Notes: generated by a model not told the origin, from the sequence alone. Counted from the stretch's first letter, positions 1-12,210 are shown. The stretch: DNA of 64,000 nucleotides from Octopus sinensis (GCF_006345805.1 NC_042997.1:86738001-86802000); one strand, 5' to 3'. Numbers and translations are program-made.

Positions 1-176
1 CGCTCTACCGTTTCTGCAAAATCGTGGCACTTTATATACCTCTACAAAAGATTTCTTACAACTGTATACGGTGTATGAATAAGGTATGCATAAATATTAA
101 TACATACATACATACATACATACATACATACATACATACATACATACATACATACATACATACATACATACATACA

Positions 177-832
177 TGATGATGGCTGCCCCCTCGTTAT
201 CGAGTATGGCCATTGCATGAAGCTTAACTGTTATTGGTGCTGTGATCGAATGTGACTTTTATTTGCTTTTTAAGGCTACAGCCAGTCATTCAGTTGAGAC
301 TCACAGCACCATCAACAATCATGAACAATTATCGTGCAATGCCCGTGCAATGCCCGTGCAAGAAGATTTTTTTAAAGTGAGGAAAGGCTGTGCACTGAGT
401 CAATCCCACTCACTAAGCAACAGCAGCCATAATCCGAAAAGAAGAACAAGTCAACATCATCGGTAACCACTGAGCCGCAGGTTTTATGTCGGAGTTATCC
501 TAGTTATCTGAGTTACCTTCTCCTAGAAGGATGCCCTAACAAAGGCTAGGAGTCCTTCACTCCCAATGGTTTAACCGCGCGATCGGGTATTCAGTCCGAT
601 TATTTCTATGTCCTCGTGCATGATACAGCCTTAAGCCGTAAGAGAAAAAAAAATACACATTTATCGGATGGCCGTTGACTCTCAAGAGTTCCTCCGCCCT
701 TTGACGGGTTTTATTTTTCATCCCGCAGGGTGTCCAATAATCACCCTCCTCACCAAGCAAGCTTGGTGAGGTTGCCAGTTTAGTCGCCGACGGCCCGACC
801 ATGCAACAGGTTGTACTGGGTTACATGTTACC
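177..832 (-). mobile_element. Non-autonomous bipartite RTE-derived retroelement (RTE-like 5' UTR joined to RTE 3' end) in a (TACA)n tract
   Basis: Minus strand contains the RTE-5'UTR-like motif gggcatccttctaggagaaggtaactc. Its 3' ~90 nt match the 3' end of the RTE fragment at 39255-39345 (gatgg.tgccc.t.cgttatcgagtatgg...cttaactgtta). (TACA)n flanks both sides. The RTE-5'UTR assignment is from recalled family features. Confidence 0.6.
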
Positions 833-2145
833 ATACATACATACATAAAATCCACTTATTTGCTGCTCTGTGCAAATTCATAAAATATTCTCAAGATTCT
901 CTATCTGAGATTCTTTAAATCAAAGGTTCTCAACAGGACCATATGCCCACCGGATAGTGGGGGGCGTTTTGAAGCAAAGTGGCACTATGGGGATGTTATG
1001 AGACTGGGGGTGGACTTTGGTGGTAGTGGAGTTGGAAGACCCTCAACTTTGGTAAGTTTCATTTGAAATGAGTAGTAGCCATATTTTCACATCTCTGCGA
1101 CACTTTTCCTACTTTGACGACACTGGTGTTGCTAAAGTGAAACCCCTAAAACAAAAGCAAAAACTAAGAATAGATGAATAGTGACAGACGACTAAAAGAA
1201 AAAAAAAGTAATGAATAAAAGCGGAAAGTTGAATGTGTGTGTATGTGTGTGTTTGTGTGCATATATATAAATAATGGTGGTTAGAATTTTGGATCAAACT
1301 GGCTTTTGGTAGTGGCTGATAGGTATGTATTTGTGTATGTGTGTGTATGTATGGGTATGTTTGTAAGTATGTATTCAATAACTTGGAAATTTTCTATATT
1401 TATTCCAGGAGAGTCTTTTTTCCGAATAGCATTGTATATTGTTTCTGCAACAACATCATGTCGCATTTTGGGGCAGTTGCTAATGTGTGATCTTCAACCA
1501 AAAATACGATCAAATTAAAATTTTCGGTTGCGTCTTGAAGTTCTAAAGGCTTCACTGTTTTTTGTTTTGTTTTGTTTTGTTTTGTTTATTAGGTATGTTG
1601 TAGCAAACTCCTGTTCTTGGATTGCAAATGCAATAACCTTCGAAGTGTGATGTGATGTAGCGGTTACGAGTCCATGAGAGGCTGCGCTTCATGTCGATAT
1701 TACTGTTTCTTCAAGTCTTTTATGTATGTATGTATGTATGTATGTATGTATGTATGTATGTATGTATGTATGTATGTATGTATGTATGTATGTATGTCAT
1801 TCAGTTCTTGCCAATAGAGGAGTCGGTTTCTAACACCAGCCGGGTATTTTTGCATATATGTGTATATGTTATGTGCAGTATTCTGGAGTCAGTACATGTG
1901 CAGATTTGTATGTTTTGTTTTATGTATGTATTCTCATGCATATCGATGCATCTCGAAACATGTGCATATGTACTTAAATGATAAACTTCAGTAAAGTCTT
2001 ACATATTTTTACTGTTCCAGTGATGGCTTCATCTGTAGGCTTCGAATCAGCTTTCTCCCTTCTGGTTTTGAGAAGCCTATTTTCTCAAGATTGGTAAGGT
2101 ATGTATGTATGTATGTATGTATGTATGTATGTATGTATGTATGCG

Positions 2146-2229
2146 TGAAAGCACGTGGCTTAGTGATTAGGGTTCCGTTGATCGGATCAACTGGAACCCT
2201 CGTCGTCGTAACCGACGGAGTGCCAGTTA
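2146..2229 (+). mobile_element. Internally deleted tRNA-derived SINE (head + tail only) in (ATGT)n
   Basis: Head gcacgtggcttagtgattagggt is joined directly to tail gatcaactggaaccctcgtcgtcgtaaccgacggagtgccagt. A full-length decayed relative is at 52170-52467. Confidence 0.7.
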
Positions 2230-2410
2230 TGTATGTATGTATGTATGTATGTATGTATGTATGTATGTATGTATGTATGTATGTATGTATGTTCCACTAT
2301 CTCTCTTTCGATGTTTTTTTTCTTCTCTTTCCTCAGTTTCTTTTACCATTAGTACTACTTATTATTTTCTTACGGGTGTCATTCTGAAAATTGTTAGATG
2401 ATATATCGTC

Positions 2411-2482
2411 AAATGGCGGTGAGTGGTTGCGGGCTGCTGGACGCGGTAGTCATCAATCGTATGAGACAACCACTTCCGGCCG
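2411..2482 (+). promoter_or_regulatory. Candidate promoter/first-exon junction: YY1-like aaATGGCG immediately followed by donor GTGAGT, ETS site nearby
   Basis: aaATGGCG|GTGAGT at 2411-2424 and ACTTCCGG (ETS) around 2472-2479 in non-repetitive GC/CpG-rich sequence. Motif evidence only. Confidence 0.4.
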
Positions 2483-3042
2483 GTCAGTCACTTAACGACG
2501 CAACAAAGCGTATGACAAGAACGTACCTCTACCCAGTTTGACTGAAATCCATATTTGGTGGAAGCAGTTTTATTCAATCTGATAACTTCATTTAGTATAT
2601 CTTTACACGACCTCCCGCTTCACATACATTTTTTTGTTGATCTTTTACAGAAAAAAAAAGAAAGAAAAAAAAGGAAAACAAAACAATGAAAACTCGAATA
2701 ATTTAATAGACTGTCAAAACTTGAATATATATTCAGATATCTCGTAACAAGCAGTAGTAATCACAGCAACGATTGGATAGTGAACCCAAGCCAAAGCATG
2801 AAATTTCACATACCCACTGGACTTGCTAGAAATAGCAGCCAAATCTACTTCCGATCGTACCTTATCTCTTTAAAAATGGCAAAATGTGAATCAAGGATAC
2901 TGTAGTTCTATATATGTTAAATAGAAGGCTTCTGAAGTTATGTTCCTAATTTTCAATTAAAATAACTAATGACTACGTGAAATTATTACAACAGCATTCA
3001 ATAAACTACGAAAATACTGGCAGTAATTTTAATATAACTAAG

Positions 3043-3830
3043 GTGCCGAGCTGGCAGAATCGTTAGCACGCCGGGCAAAATGCTTAGCGGTATTTCGTCT
3101 GCCGTTACGTTCTGAGTTCAAATTCCGCCGAGGTCGACTTTGCCTTTCATCCTTTCGGGGTCGATTAAATAAGTACCAGTTACGCACTGGGGTCGATATA
3201 ATCGACTTAATCCGTTTGTCTGTCCTTGTTTGTCCTCTCTGTGTTTAGCCCCCTGTGGGTAGTAAAGAGATAGGTATTTCGTCTGCCTCTACGTTCTGAG
3301 TTCAAATTCCGCCGAGGTCAACTTTGCCATTCATCCTTTTGGGGTTGATTAAATAAGTACCAGTTACGCACTGGGGTCGATATAATCGACTTAATCCGTT
3401 TGTCTGTCCTTGTTTGTCCTCTCTGTGTTTAACCCCTTGTGGGCAGTAAAGAGATAGGTTCGACTTCACGTTCTGAGTTCAAATTCGCCGAGGTCGACTT
3501 TGCCTTTTATCCTTTCGGGGTCAGCAAAATAAGTACCTGTTGAGTTATCGACTTTCCCACTCCCCCGAAATTGCTGGTCTCGTGCCAAAAATTTGAAATT
3601 AATATTTTTAATGTAATTGAGGAAGCGAGCTGGCAGAATCATTAGTGCGCCAGTCAAAAATGCTTAGCAGCATTTCGTTCATCTTTACGTTCTGAGTTCA
3701 AATTCTGCCGAGGTCGACTTTGCCTTTCATCCTTTCAGAATCGATAAAATAAGTACCAGTCAAGCACTGGGTTCGATGTAATCAACTAGCCCCCTCCCAC
3801 CAAATTTCAGGCTGTGTTCCTATAGCAGAA
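3043..3830 (+). mobile_element. Tandem cluster of SINE family A (tRNA-like head gagctggcagaatcgttagc; core gtcgactttgcctttcatcctttcggggtcga...aagtaccagt)
   Basis: Four to five head-to-tail units with intact CpGs. The same family recurs throughout the window. Confidence 0.9.
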
Positions 3831-4481
3831 AGGAATGTTTTAAACATAACTTGAGGCACCTATAGAAATTCCATCTCTTATAAATTTCCTGATTTTATTT
3901 TGACGTATACTCATATATTTTTATGACATTCTTTCATTCTATTACAGATTTAATGATAATTGTGTAGAGACAATGCATGAACGTTATTGAGAACCACAGT
4001 GTTCTGTGCACATAGGTTAGTTGGAATTTCATGGGCAGCTTTTTTTCGGCATGCATTTTGGTGAGTTTCTCTATTCTTTTCATTACCGTATTCCAACTTC
4101 ACTTTATTTGACGGGAAAAAACCCCACAAATAACTCAAGTGGATCATCGGTCCATCCAAAAACGTTTGTTGGTACGGATTTGCCTCTTCAATAGCAGATA
4201 TGAGAACTTACTGATACTTTATTACTTCCCGCATCCAGCCAGTTTGGTATACGTCGCCTAGATATCGGAAGGGTCTCTTATCATGATGATGATGATTAGG
4301 AGGAGGAGGAGGAGGAGGAGGAGGAGGAAGAGGAAGAGGAAAAGGAAAATGTAAGTGGAAAGAACGACGAAATGAAGATAATTACAGATAATGATATAAT
4401 ATAAAGAATCAGTAGTGTGTGCGTGAGAGTGTGTATGTGTGTGAATATATATATATATATAATATATATATATATATAGAG

Positions 4482-5031
4482 CAGCATTAATAATTCTCTA
4501 AAAGAGATATAGACAGTAACTGCTCGATAACATAAGGGACTAAAGCCATCTGAATATGGCTAGGGACAGGGCAGGGTGGTGGGGGTGTTACTGTTGCATT
4601 TAGCCCCAGGCGAACATCGACGTCGCCAGATAGGCCCGACACCGTCACGGTGTCCTTTAACCTGCAAAGGGAGATAATTCCCCGATGAAGCGGAAACCAC
4701 ACACGGACCATGGTTTAAAGGTGTATTGCCTATCGTCAACGTGTGGTAGGCCTCCGCTTCCTCGACGAAATCTCACTCTGCAGGATATTCATATATAGAT
4801 TTTCAAGCAAAATACATTTGCTGATTTCGAAAATCTGTTCGACAGCAATAATAATTCTCTAAAAGAGATATAGACAGTAACTGCTCATCTCCCTTTGCAG
4901 GTTAAAGGACACCGTGACGGTGTCGGGCCTATCTGGCGACGTCGATGTTCGCCTGGGGCTAAATGCAACAGTAACACCCCCACCACCCTGCCCTGTCCCT
5001 AGCCATATTCAGATGGCTTTAGTCCCTTATG

Positions 5032-5035
<4 letters not shown>
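4482..5035. repeat. Direct + inverted duplication: 44-bp direct repeat (4482-4525 / 4843-4886) and perfect 149-bp inverted repeat (4527-4675 / 4887-5035)
   Basis: Base-by-base comparison shows no mismatch in the 149-bp arms and one mismatch in the 44-bp repeat. (TA)n flanks both ends. Confidence 0.95.
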
Positions 5036-5096
<61 letters not shown>

Positions 5097-5318
5097 ATAT
5101 ATATATGTTATATTTATGTTATATATATATCTATATATATGTTATATATAATTACACACAAGCACACACATACACATACACACTCTCTCACATACACACA
5201 CACACGCGCGCAACAGGTTAAAAATTTAGGGCAAAAAATAACAATACAGAAAATAAAGTGAAAACAAAAGTTAACTGTTATTTTAATGAGCAATATAAGA
5301 TTAAGGAAGTGGAAGTAT

Positions 5319-5354
5319 CTTTGACGATTCGAGCTTAGGCTCTTCATCAGAAAG
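5319..5354 (-). ncRNA. Minimal type-I hammerhead-like motif (one core mismatch), probably from a Penelope-like element
   Basis: CUUU-CUGAUGA-A-GAGC(CUAA)GCUC-GAAU-CGUC-AAAG: stems I and II pair, but GAAA is GAAU. Confidence 0.55.
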
Positions 5355-5859
5355 TTTCACAGACTGCAGGATGAAGTATAGCAGAGGGAGGATAAAAATA
5401 AAAATAAAAACGGATATAGGGAAAAGCACTTGTTCTGTTTCACATTTAAGCATACACGCGCGCGCGCACATACACACACAAAACAAGAAGGAGAAGGAAA
5501 GATAAAAGAGTGGGTGTGAGAGTGAAAAGCAGAAAATGAGGCAGACGGAATGAAAGAGAAATAGAAAACAAGAAAAGTAACAACTTGTGGCCCATTTAGA
5601 TAGAATAAACTGACAATTCTCAAACTGAGAAAAACGTGTGGCCATCTCACTTCAAAACATTAGTGAAATCTTTGTAGTCAATCCCCTTCATTAACAAATA
5701 GACAAAATGTAATTTGCATTCATATAATTCCCGTTTCTTTGATGTGGCATTTGTTGGATAAGTTAAAAAAATGTTTTAAAAATCTTAATTTTATTAAACA
5801 TAAATCTCTGTGTTGTTAAGAAGCTTGCACAGCACCTTGAATAAGTGTCCTTTATTATA

Positions 5860-6195
5860 GCCCCGGGCCGACCCAAGGGCTGACTCTTTGTGAGTAGGCT
5901 TGGTGAAGAAACCATGTCGCATATATATATATAAAATACATGAAGTACAGGACATCACCATATATATATATGTATGTATGTGTGTGTGCGTGTATGTATG
6001 TATGTACGTATGTATGTATGTATGTATGTATGTATGTATGTATGTATGTATGTATGTATGTATGTATGTGTGTGTGTAAGTGTGTATTTGCGCTGTTTGT
6101 CCCCCAAACTCTCTTGAAAATCGGTGTTGGTTTATTTACGTCTCCGTAATATAGCGTTTTAGCAAAAGAGACCAATCGAATAAGTACCAGTCCAA
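5860..6195 (+). mobile_element. SINE family B (CORE-like) with internal (TATG)n expansion
   Basis: tatagcccc.ggccgacc.aagg...ttgtgagt followed by microsatellite and the tail ggtgttggtttatttacgtctccgtaa...aagagaccaatcgaataagtacc shared with other copies. Confidence 0.75.
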
Positions 6196-6707
6196 TGAAT
6201 GAAACAAGCATAAGATGGCCATAGGTCCGTTCCCTTTTTCAATCCTCGCAGCCACCTCCTCTCACAGTTAGGATCACTGGAATATACAAGAACATTGACA
6301 ACAATGTCAACAACAAAATGAACGACTTTAACAACATCCGCAACAAGATTATCTCCAAACCTAGATATTAAAAAAATAATAATTAAAAAACGTGAAAGAA
6401 AACGTAATAAAATAAGCAAAACAAAAGTAAAATACAGATGTAACCAATACAAAAAGTGATTATACCCTAAAGGATAATCAGTCATATTCAGGGAGTTGAA
6501 GAGAAATATATTGCGGAGAGGTTCTTTTTTTTTTTTTTTTGGCAAGGAAATAAATGTAAGTTGGTTTCAGGTCAGGTAACATCGACAGTTGAGATGTCTG
6601 TCAGAATTTGATGACGTTATCAATGTACCCCCACCCACAGACGCACACACACACAGACACAGACACACACAGACACAGACAGACACACACACACACACAC
6701 ACGCACA

Positions 6708-6749
<42 letters not shown>

Positions 6750-6814
6750 GACACACAGACACACACAGAGACACATGCACGCACGTCTGTATGTTAGTGT
6801 TTATGTATACTCAT

Positions 6815-6853
<39 letters not shown>

Positions 6854-6859
6854 TATATA

Positions 6860-7613
6860 TACTCTTTTACTTGTTTCAGTCATTTGACTGCGGCCATGCT
6901 GGAGCACCGCCTTTAATCGAGCAACTCGACCCCGGGACTTATTCTTTTTGTAAGCCCAGTACTTATTCTATCGCTCTCTTTTGCCGAACCGCTAAGTAAC
7001 GGGGACATAAACACACCAGCATCGGTTGTCAAGCAATGCTAGGGTGACAAACACAGACACACAAACACACACACGCATATATACATATATACATATATAC
7101 GACGGGCTTCTTTTCAGTTTCCGTCTACCAAATCCACTCACAAGGCTTTGGTCGGCCCGAGGCTATAGTAGAAGACACTTGCCCAAGGTGCCACGCAGTG
7201 GGACTGAACCCGGAACCATGTGGTTGGTAAACAAGCTACTTACCACACAGCCACTCATATATATATATATATTATATATATATATATATATATATCTATA
7301 TATATATATATATATATATATAGGTTTGTATGTATATATACATCTATATGTTGGTGTTTGTGTGTATCTATACATACATTAATATATATATATCCTTTCT
7401 TTTACTTGTTTCAGTCAATTGACTGCGGCCATGCTGGGGCACCGCATGTAGTCGAGCAAACCGACTCCAGGACTTATTCTTTGTAAGCCTGGTACTTATT
7501 TTCTCGGTCTCTTTTGCCGAACCGCTAAGTTACGGGGACATAAACACACCAGTATCGGTTGTCAAGCGATGTTGGAGGTGGGGGAACAACCACCGACACA
7601 CAAACGTATACAC

Positions 7614-7702
<89 letters not shown>

Positions 7703-7730
7703 ATATACATATACGACAGGCTTCTTTCAG
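6860..7730 (-). mobile_element. SINE family B (tRNA head + CORE-like ccttgggcaagtgtctt domain), one full copy 6860-7258 and one partial copy 7395-7730
   Basis: Minus-strand head gtggctgtgtggtaagtagcttg...ccacatggttccgggttcagtcccactgcgtggcaccttgggcaagt with A/B-box-like motifs, plus an internal CA/TA microsatellite. Octopus OR1/OR2 SINEs are described as CORE-SINEs; identity to them was not verified. Confidence 0.9.
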
Positions 7731-7731
7731 T

Positions 7732-7786
<55 letters not shown>

Positions 7787-7789
7787 CGA

Positions 7790-8050
7790 TACGTATTGAT
7801 GTGCTGCAAAGCAAAGATGAACTTGTTGCTCCGTTGACGATCTGCTGCTTTTACCACAACTATTGCATACATATTTCTTCTCAGTTAAACGCAATGCAGA
7901 CTCTTGACGTTGCGTGACATTGTTTGCATGAATGTGACTCTTTAGAGCACTATTAGAACGATAACGTTTATTACATGATTGGTGAGCATATGTTCTTTCA
8001 GGTAGCGAAGATTTATTATCTCTTTCGTTTAAATACTCTTGCGGGGCTAA
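7790..8050 (-). pseudogene. Degenerate C2H2 zinc-finger coding segment (relic or divergent exon)
   Basis: Open frame YAHQSCNKRYRSNSALKSHIH...TEKKYVCNSCGKSSRSSTEQQVHLCFAAH: two finger-like units, the first with Cys replaced by His, the second with altered hydrophobic positions and His spacing. Runs into SINE/microsatellite sequence at its 3' end. Confidence 0.45.
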
Positions 8051-8247
8051 CAAGTCTTAGTTTGAAAAATCGTGTTACAAAGGTCATGGATATTTATAAT
8101 GTTGCTTTTTTGGCATCTCCATCAAAAATTTTGCGTGCTTAATGCATGTATAGATATACGATATACATAAATATATGCATACGCATATACATAAATATAT
8201 ATATATGCATATATATATACATATATGCGTATATATGTAAGCGTATG

Positions 8248-8339
<92 letters not shown>

Positions 8340-8744
8340 ATATAAACACGGCTCATTATGAGTTGGCTGCACAAATAAAAAAATTCAAGGTAATTTATCA
8401 TTAGGTGTGTAATTCAGAAAGTCCTGCTGTCAACAGTTTGCCCACGACTGCCGATAAGAGATGAGAGATGGCATTGGTACGCAAGAGAAACGTCGGAAAT
8501 TATTAGGAATTGTTCAAAGAGGACCTTTACATTCGGTGGTCGTATGGATATCCGTCGTTCGACCAACTGAGTAACTTGAACCTGAACTTATATATATGTG
8601 ACGGAGCTTGAGTGTACCTTTTGAGTTACAGGTACAGTCCATCCGACGAGTTTATATACTGTTTCTGGTGGCTACCCAATTTCACTCACGAGAGGTTATA
8701 AAAAATGACACAGTGGGATCGAACCCGAGACCTCGTGACTGCGA

Positions 8745-9390
8745 AATTAGTTCTCTCCATGCACATAGGGCCGCAGCGCGATCTCTCCAATCAGCTCTGT
8801 TTTCTGCCACTGTTTTGGTCTCATTCCAGCTTCTTCACCCTTTTTGTCTCATTTTCCCTTTCAATGGCCCCTCGTCATGTGGTTTTTGGCGCCCTGCTGC
8901 TCTTTTCTCCCCAGGCTTCCACTTTAGTGCCACCATACTATCGCTTTCTCGATCTTGTCTGCGTACGTGTCCGATCCAGTTCCAGCTTCTGCGTCTTATT
9001 TTGCCACTGATCCTGTTGACGCCTGTTATCGTCTCAATTATGTCATTTCAGACTCTGCAGCCACTTGATGTCGAGTATTCTCCTTTTGCATGTGAATTGA
9101 AAGCTGTCCGTTGTTTTGTTTTTTTCTACCAATTTGTGACTTTCCAGTTTTCACACCCATTGAATAATACGGGTCGGACCAATGTCTTGAACAACTTCAG
9201 TTTCGTTTTGAAGCCTATTCCTATGAATAATTGGAGAATGCTATCCGTGATATGGATATTTTGTTCGTAACTTGCTCGTATTTTGTTATATTGATAACAG
9301 TAATATTTTGGTGTTCTATTCTTGTTTCCTTCCAGGCATGATAATTGCAATGGGGTTGCTTTGTTTAATCTTAGATGACTTTGACTGAGC
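8745..9390 (-). mobile_element. RTE-clade LINE, degraded ORF C-terminal region
   Basis: KTKLKLFKTLVRPVLFNGCENW (LYGCETW motif) and WNWIGHVRRQ...ALKWKPG.KRAAGR, typical of the post-RT region of RTE elements. Stops and frameshifts present. Confidence 0.85.
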
Positions 9391-10047
9391 TGACCTATGA
9401 TCAAACACGTTTCTAGCCATGACCATCCCGTCCTTCATTCGAGCATTGCATATCTAAGACTACATTATCCAATGTACCTCACACCTTTTGAAGACGGTGG
9501 GATATAATGTGAGAGAGATCTGATTGCTATTTTTCGTTCAGTAGTTGTAGTTGTTTTGTCCCAAGTTAGCCCTGATTGAGTTAACCTATCAAAGACTTTC
9601 CGGCCTTGACTAACTCGTCTCTTTTTTGTCATTGACATAGTTTACACCGAATTAATCTATCCAATTGGCACCTACTTCTTTTATAAAAGTAGAGTATGAT
9701 TTGAAGAAAATTTGTTTGTTATTTCTAGAAGATCGAACTGCCACGTAAAGGAACCGCCATTCGTTTGTCATTAGCTCCGTAGTTGTTGAACTCCAGGTCA
9801 ACCCTAATTGGGTAATCCTATGATCTAAGACACTCCAACCGTGATCATCACTCCCATCTTTTCCTATGTACAAGGGACTCTGGACGATATTATCTAATGT
9901 GTCCATTTCCAGGCAACAGGAGTGTAATTTTATTTTTATGAGAGGGAAGGGTACTGTCCACGATCCTCTTCTATCAGGGTCTCCGAGACTAGTGTGTGTG
10001 TGAGTGTGCGTGTGTGTGTGTGGGGGAGACGGAGGTCGTTATCCTCA

Positions 10048-10331
10048 TTACTGATATCAACTATTACCCTCTCCTGAAATTTACTGACCTTGTACCTAAA
10101 TCAGAAACCATTTCATTCGATTTCAGTTTAAACCAACACAATTTTTGCGGCCAATATTTCTCATGGATCCTCGTCTGCTGCGCCACCTGTTGCAGATGTA
10201 CAAAAATCAACTTTGCCAGTTATTTTTCCAGGAGTCGATGAAGTAAAATACCAGTCAAGTATTGGGGTCAATTTAATCGACTAACCCCTCACTACAAACA
10301 TATGGCCTTGTTCCTAATTTTGGTTTCAAAT
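10048..10331 (+). repeat. 284-bp direct duplication, copy 1 (copy 2 at 13303-13586)
   Basis: 11 substitutions and no indels by hand count. Includes non-SINE middle sequence. Confidence 0.92.
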
Positions 10332-10499
10332 GCTAGCAACAACGTGAATTCCTCTAGGTAGTAGTATTAAACGGGGTGCCAGATTAAGTCTGGTGCACAT
10401 GAACTCAGGTTGCATAGAATTAAAATAAAGACCACAAGGTGGATCATCCATTGCTCTAACAATTCCACCAACTCACCAGTCTCAAAGGACGGAAAGCAA

Positions 10500-11245
10500 A
10501 ATTGCCCCTGATGGGATCTGAATTCAGGCGAAGGGAGCCGGAACAATGGCGCAAAGCATTTTCTTCTGAAGATCTTGCGAATTCTTCTAGACCCCCCCCC
10601 CCAAAAAAAAAGCAAAAGGTAAAAACAACCACAAGAAAAAGGTAGACGGTTTGCTGAAGACTTCAATTGATTATAGTAATAGGTTTTATTCAATAAGGGA
10701 AATTTGCTATTTCTAGCAGGTCGAGTGATTACGTAGATGTACTCTTCTTGGCTGGTTCTCTTTCGGTGGGAAACTCAGCCGAAGTGGGCCGGATCACTAC
10801 CGTAAAGTATTTTCTTCTGAAGATTTTGCTAATACTCCTAGAAAAACCCCCCTACAAAACCAAACGGTTTGCTCAAAGGTTGGAGTATGTCTGGTTATAA
10901 TAATAAGTTTGTTCAATGAGGGAGATATGATTGTTATTTTTAGCATATCGTGTGATTACTTTGAGGTACCCTTCTTGGCTGGAAAATTTTCGTTGGGATC
11001 TAAACTCAGCCGAAGTGGGCTGGAACAATAACTGCAAAATATTTTCTTCTGAAGCCTTTGTTGAAGACACCTAGAAAAACAAAACAAAACAAAACAAAAC
11101 AAAACAAACAAGCAAAACAAAACCAGGCGTTTTGTTCGAGGCTGGAATATGTTTGATTATAGTAATAAGCTTGTTCAATGAGGGAGATTTGATTGGTATT
11201 TCTAGGAGATCGAGTGACCACGTAGAGGTACCCTTCTTGGTTGGT
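10500..11245. repeat. Degenerate tandem array, about 3 units of roughly 240 bp
   Basis: Recurring landmarks: ttttcttctgaag (about 10558, 10809, 11042), aactcagccgaagtggg (2x), ttgttcaatgagggagat (2x), and variants of acccttcttggctgg (3x). Confidence 0.8.
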
Positions 11246-11369
11246 ACACTTTATAAACGGGATAAAGCACAAGGATACTGTGGGAATAACGAATGAATCG
11301 TTGGTTGCAGTGCTGATGAGCTTAAATCTTCCTAACGGCCATAAAGAAAAGGCAGTAGCAATCAACACC

Positions 11370-11401
<32 letters not shown>

Positions 11402-12210
11402 AAATAAAATAAAAAATAAAGACACATACAGAAAACGACGGTCACAATCTATTTTCTTAAGGTTTATTAACTAACTTGTAAAAAATAACGAGACCCCAGT
11501 TGGGTTGTTAGCAACGGAACGTAAAATAAAAAAAAAAGAGACAAAATACAACATACAACAACAGCAAAAAAGTAAATAAAAAGTAAGTAGAAGAGAATTT
11601 CGAAATCTTCAGGGTGGGGAATTTTGGTGAACGGGAAGGAGAAAAAAAAAAACCTTGTCGGAGAGAAAAAAAGTAGGAAAGATCTAGAAAGTTGTTGAAA
11701 TTCTTTGACTTAACAAATTACTTCAGCTCAGCCCTTTCAAATTATTTGCATGAATGCATTTCTTTTACTAAGGGGATTCGTGGATATTTGCGAAGACACT
11801 CCGTAATATCTTAAAGGGCCATATTTTCCTGTTCTCTCAGTCATTTTTCCTTGTTTCTAGTTCAGTAAAAAAAAAAAAAAAAAAAAGGGAAAAAGTACTG
11901 AATTCTCGAATATTTTTCTTTTGGGTTTTAAAGCATCATTTTTTCTTCCTAGTTTATTTATTTATTTATTTCACATTCGTGAGTACATGTACACACAGAC
12001 ACGCCCGCATGCAACAGAATCATAGAATGGAACTGAGAGAAAGGATGAAAGAGAGAGAGAGAGGGTGGGAGAGAGTGAGTGGGTAAGAGAGAGAGGGAGA
12101 GAGAGAAGGAGGGAGAGTGGTGGAAAGAGGAAAATAGAAAAGTATAAGACATTCACACTATGCATACGGACGTACATACATATATCCATACATACATGCA
12201 TACACACATA

